Source: an uncultured Gammaproteobacteria bacterium
GTDB lineage: Bacteria > Pseudomonadota > Gammaproteobacteria > GCA-002705445 > GCA-002716945
NCBI GenBank assembly: GCA_913046125.1
Contig: CAJWRL010000001.1
Coordinates: 1 to 31,778 of the forward strand
Direction of reading: 5' to 3'
Length of the DNA: 31,778 nt
In this document: positions 31,079 to 31,778 of the stretch, piece after piece
Layout of the letters: each line of letters begins with the position of its first letter
Position numbering within the stretch: the stretch's first letter is position 1
Position numbers and translations under genes: made by a program
Notes under the pieces: model-generated
Databases searched by the model: none
Told to the model about the DNA's origin: nothing
Seen by the model: the letters and a program-made list of their open reading frames with translations, nothing else

Positions 31079-31778
31079 CTAAGTAAATTTCTTTTCTTCC
31101 CACCAAGGGTAATGTTCTGGCATATCTTTAGAAACTTTGTTGGGGAAGTTAGGTGATCTCTTTTCAAGAAAAGAATTAACACCTTCTTTAGCATCATCTC
31201 CTCTACCTAATTCATATATAAACCTTGAATCAACTTTGTGAGCCTCCATAGGATGGTCTGCTCCTAACATCTTCCATAACATCTGTCTTGTTAGAGAAAC
31301 TGATATCGATGAAGTGTTTTGAATAATTTCATTTGCTATCGACCTCGCTTCTTCAAGAAGTTCATCAGGACTATGGATAGAACGGATTAAGCCTCCTTGT
31401 TTAGCCTCTAAAGCACTAAAAACCTTACCAGAGTATGTCCATTCTAATGCTTTGCTTATGCCTACTAAGCGTGGCAGAAACCAACTTGAAGCAGCCTCAG
31501 GTACTAAACCTCTTCTAGCAAAAACAAATCCAAACTTAGCATCCTCACTAGCAAGCCTTATATCCATTGGTAAAGTCATGGTCACACCTACTCCAACAGC
31601 GGGACCATTAATTGCGGCTATGATAGGTTTTGGACAGTCAAATATTGATAAAGTAGTCCTTCCACCTCCGTCCCTCATCCACTCCGGATCTTTTTTGTGA
31701 TCGATCTCATCACCCTTGTTATTTCTAACATCTCTGTTAAAAGTATTAGATCCAGAAGATAGATCAGCTCCTGCACAA
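31079..31778 (-). CDS. Crotonase/enoyl-CoA hydratase family protein; partial, 5' end beyond the window
   Basis: The frame stays open upstream of the track's Met to the window edge (CAGADLSSGSNTF...), including the oxyanion-hole motif AGADL; also KPIIAAINGPAVGVG, DIRLAS, RGLVPEAASSWFLPRLVG, EGVNSFLEKR. Confidence 0.93.
   Translation of the reverse strand, partial: CAGADLSSGSNTFNRDVRNNKGDEIDHKKDPEWMRDGGGRTTLSIFDCPKPIIAAINGPAVGVGVTMTLPMDIRLASEDAKFGFVFARRGLVPEAASSWFLPRLVGISKALEWTYSGKVFSALEAKQGGLIRSIHSPDELLEEARSIANEIIQNTSSISVSLTRQMLWKMLGADHPMEAHKVDSRFIYELGRGDDAKEGVNSFLEKRSPNFPNKVSKDMPEHYPWWEEKKFT

Noticed and set aside
31078-31197. 40 aa N-terminal extension of tesB in the track
   Set aside because: It overlaps the crotonase 3' end in another frame; TesB homology starts at the ATG at 31077.

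Overview
A gene-dense, AT-rich (about one-third GC by eye, not computed) core-chromosome segment from a streamlined Gammaproteobacterium; a finer taxon cannot be assigned from this window. From left to right it carries: a partial aprM (APS-reductase membrane anchor, absent from the ORF track) and a sulfur-oxidiser-type sat; an SlyD-like PPIase; trxA-rho; an M16 peptidase pair with rsmD-coaD; rpoH; the aa3 cytochrome c oxidase cluster and its assembly genes; bioH-bioC; plsY; tsaD; rpsU-yqeY; gltD1-hemE-aroK-aroB; gltB-gltD2; tesB; and a partial crotonase. I saw no RNA genes, mobile elements or CRISPR arrays. Four signals stand out. (1) One glutamate synthase alpha subunit lies near two different beta subunits, one with an NADPH-type and one with an NADH-type fingerprint, in a permuted version of the usual aroK-aroB-gltB-gltD-hemE block. 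(2) The sat-aprM module points to sulfite oxidation via APS. (3) A -10 box recurs exactly 6 nt before the start codon of several SD-less genes, suggesting leaderless mRNAs. (4) Several normally conserved neighbours are missing (ftsYEX, dnaG-rpoD, senC, bioBFD). Family assignments come from motif recognition and recalled reference sequences, not database searches.
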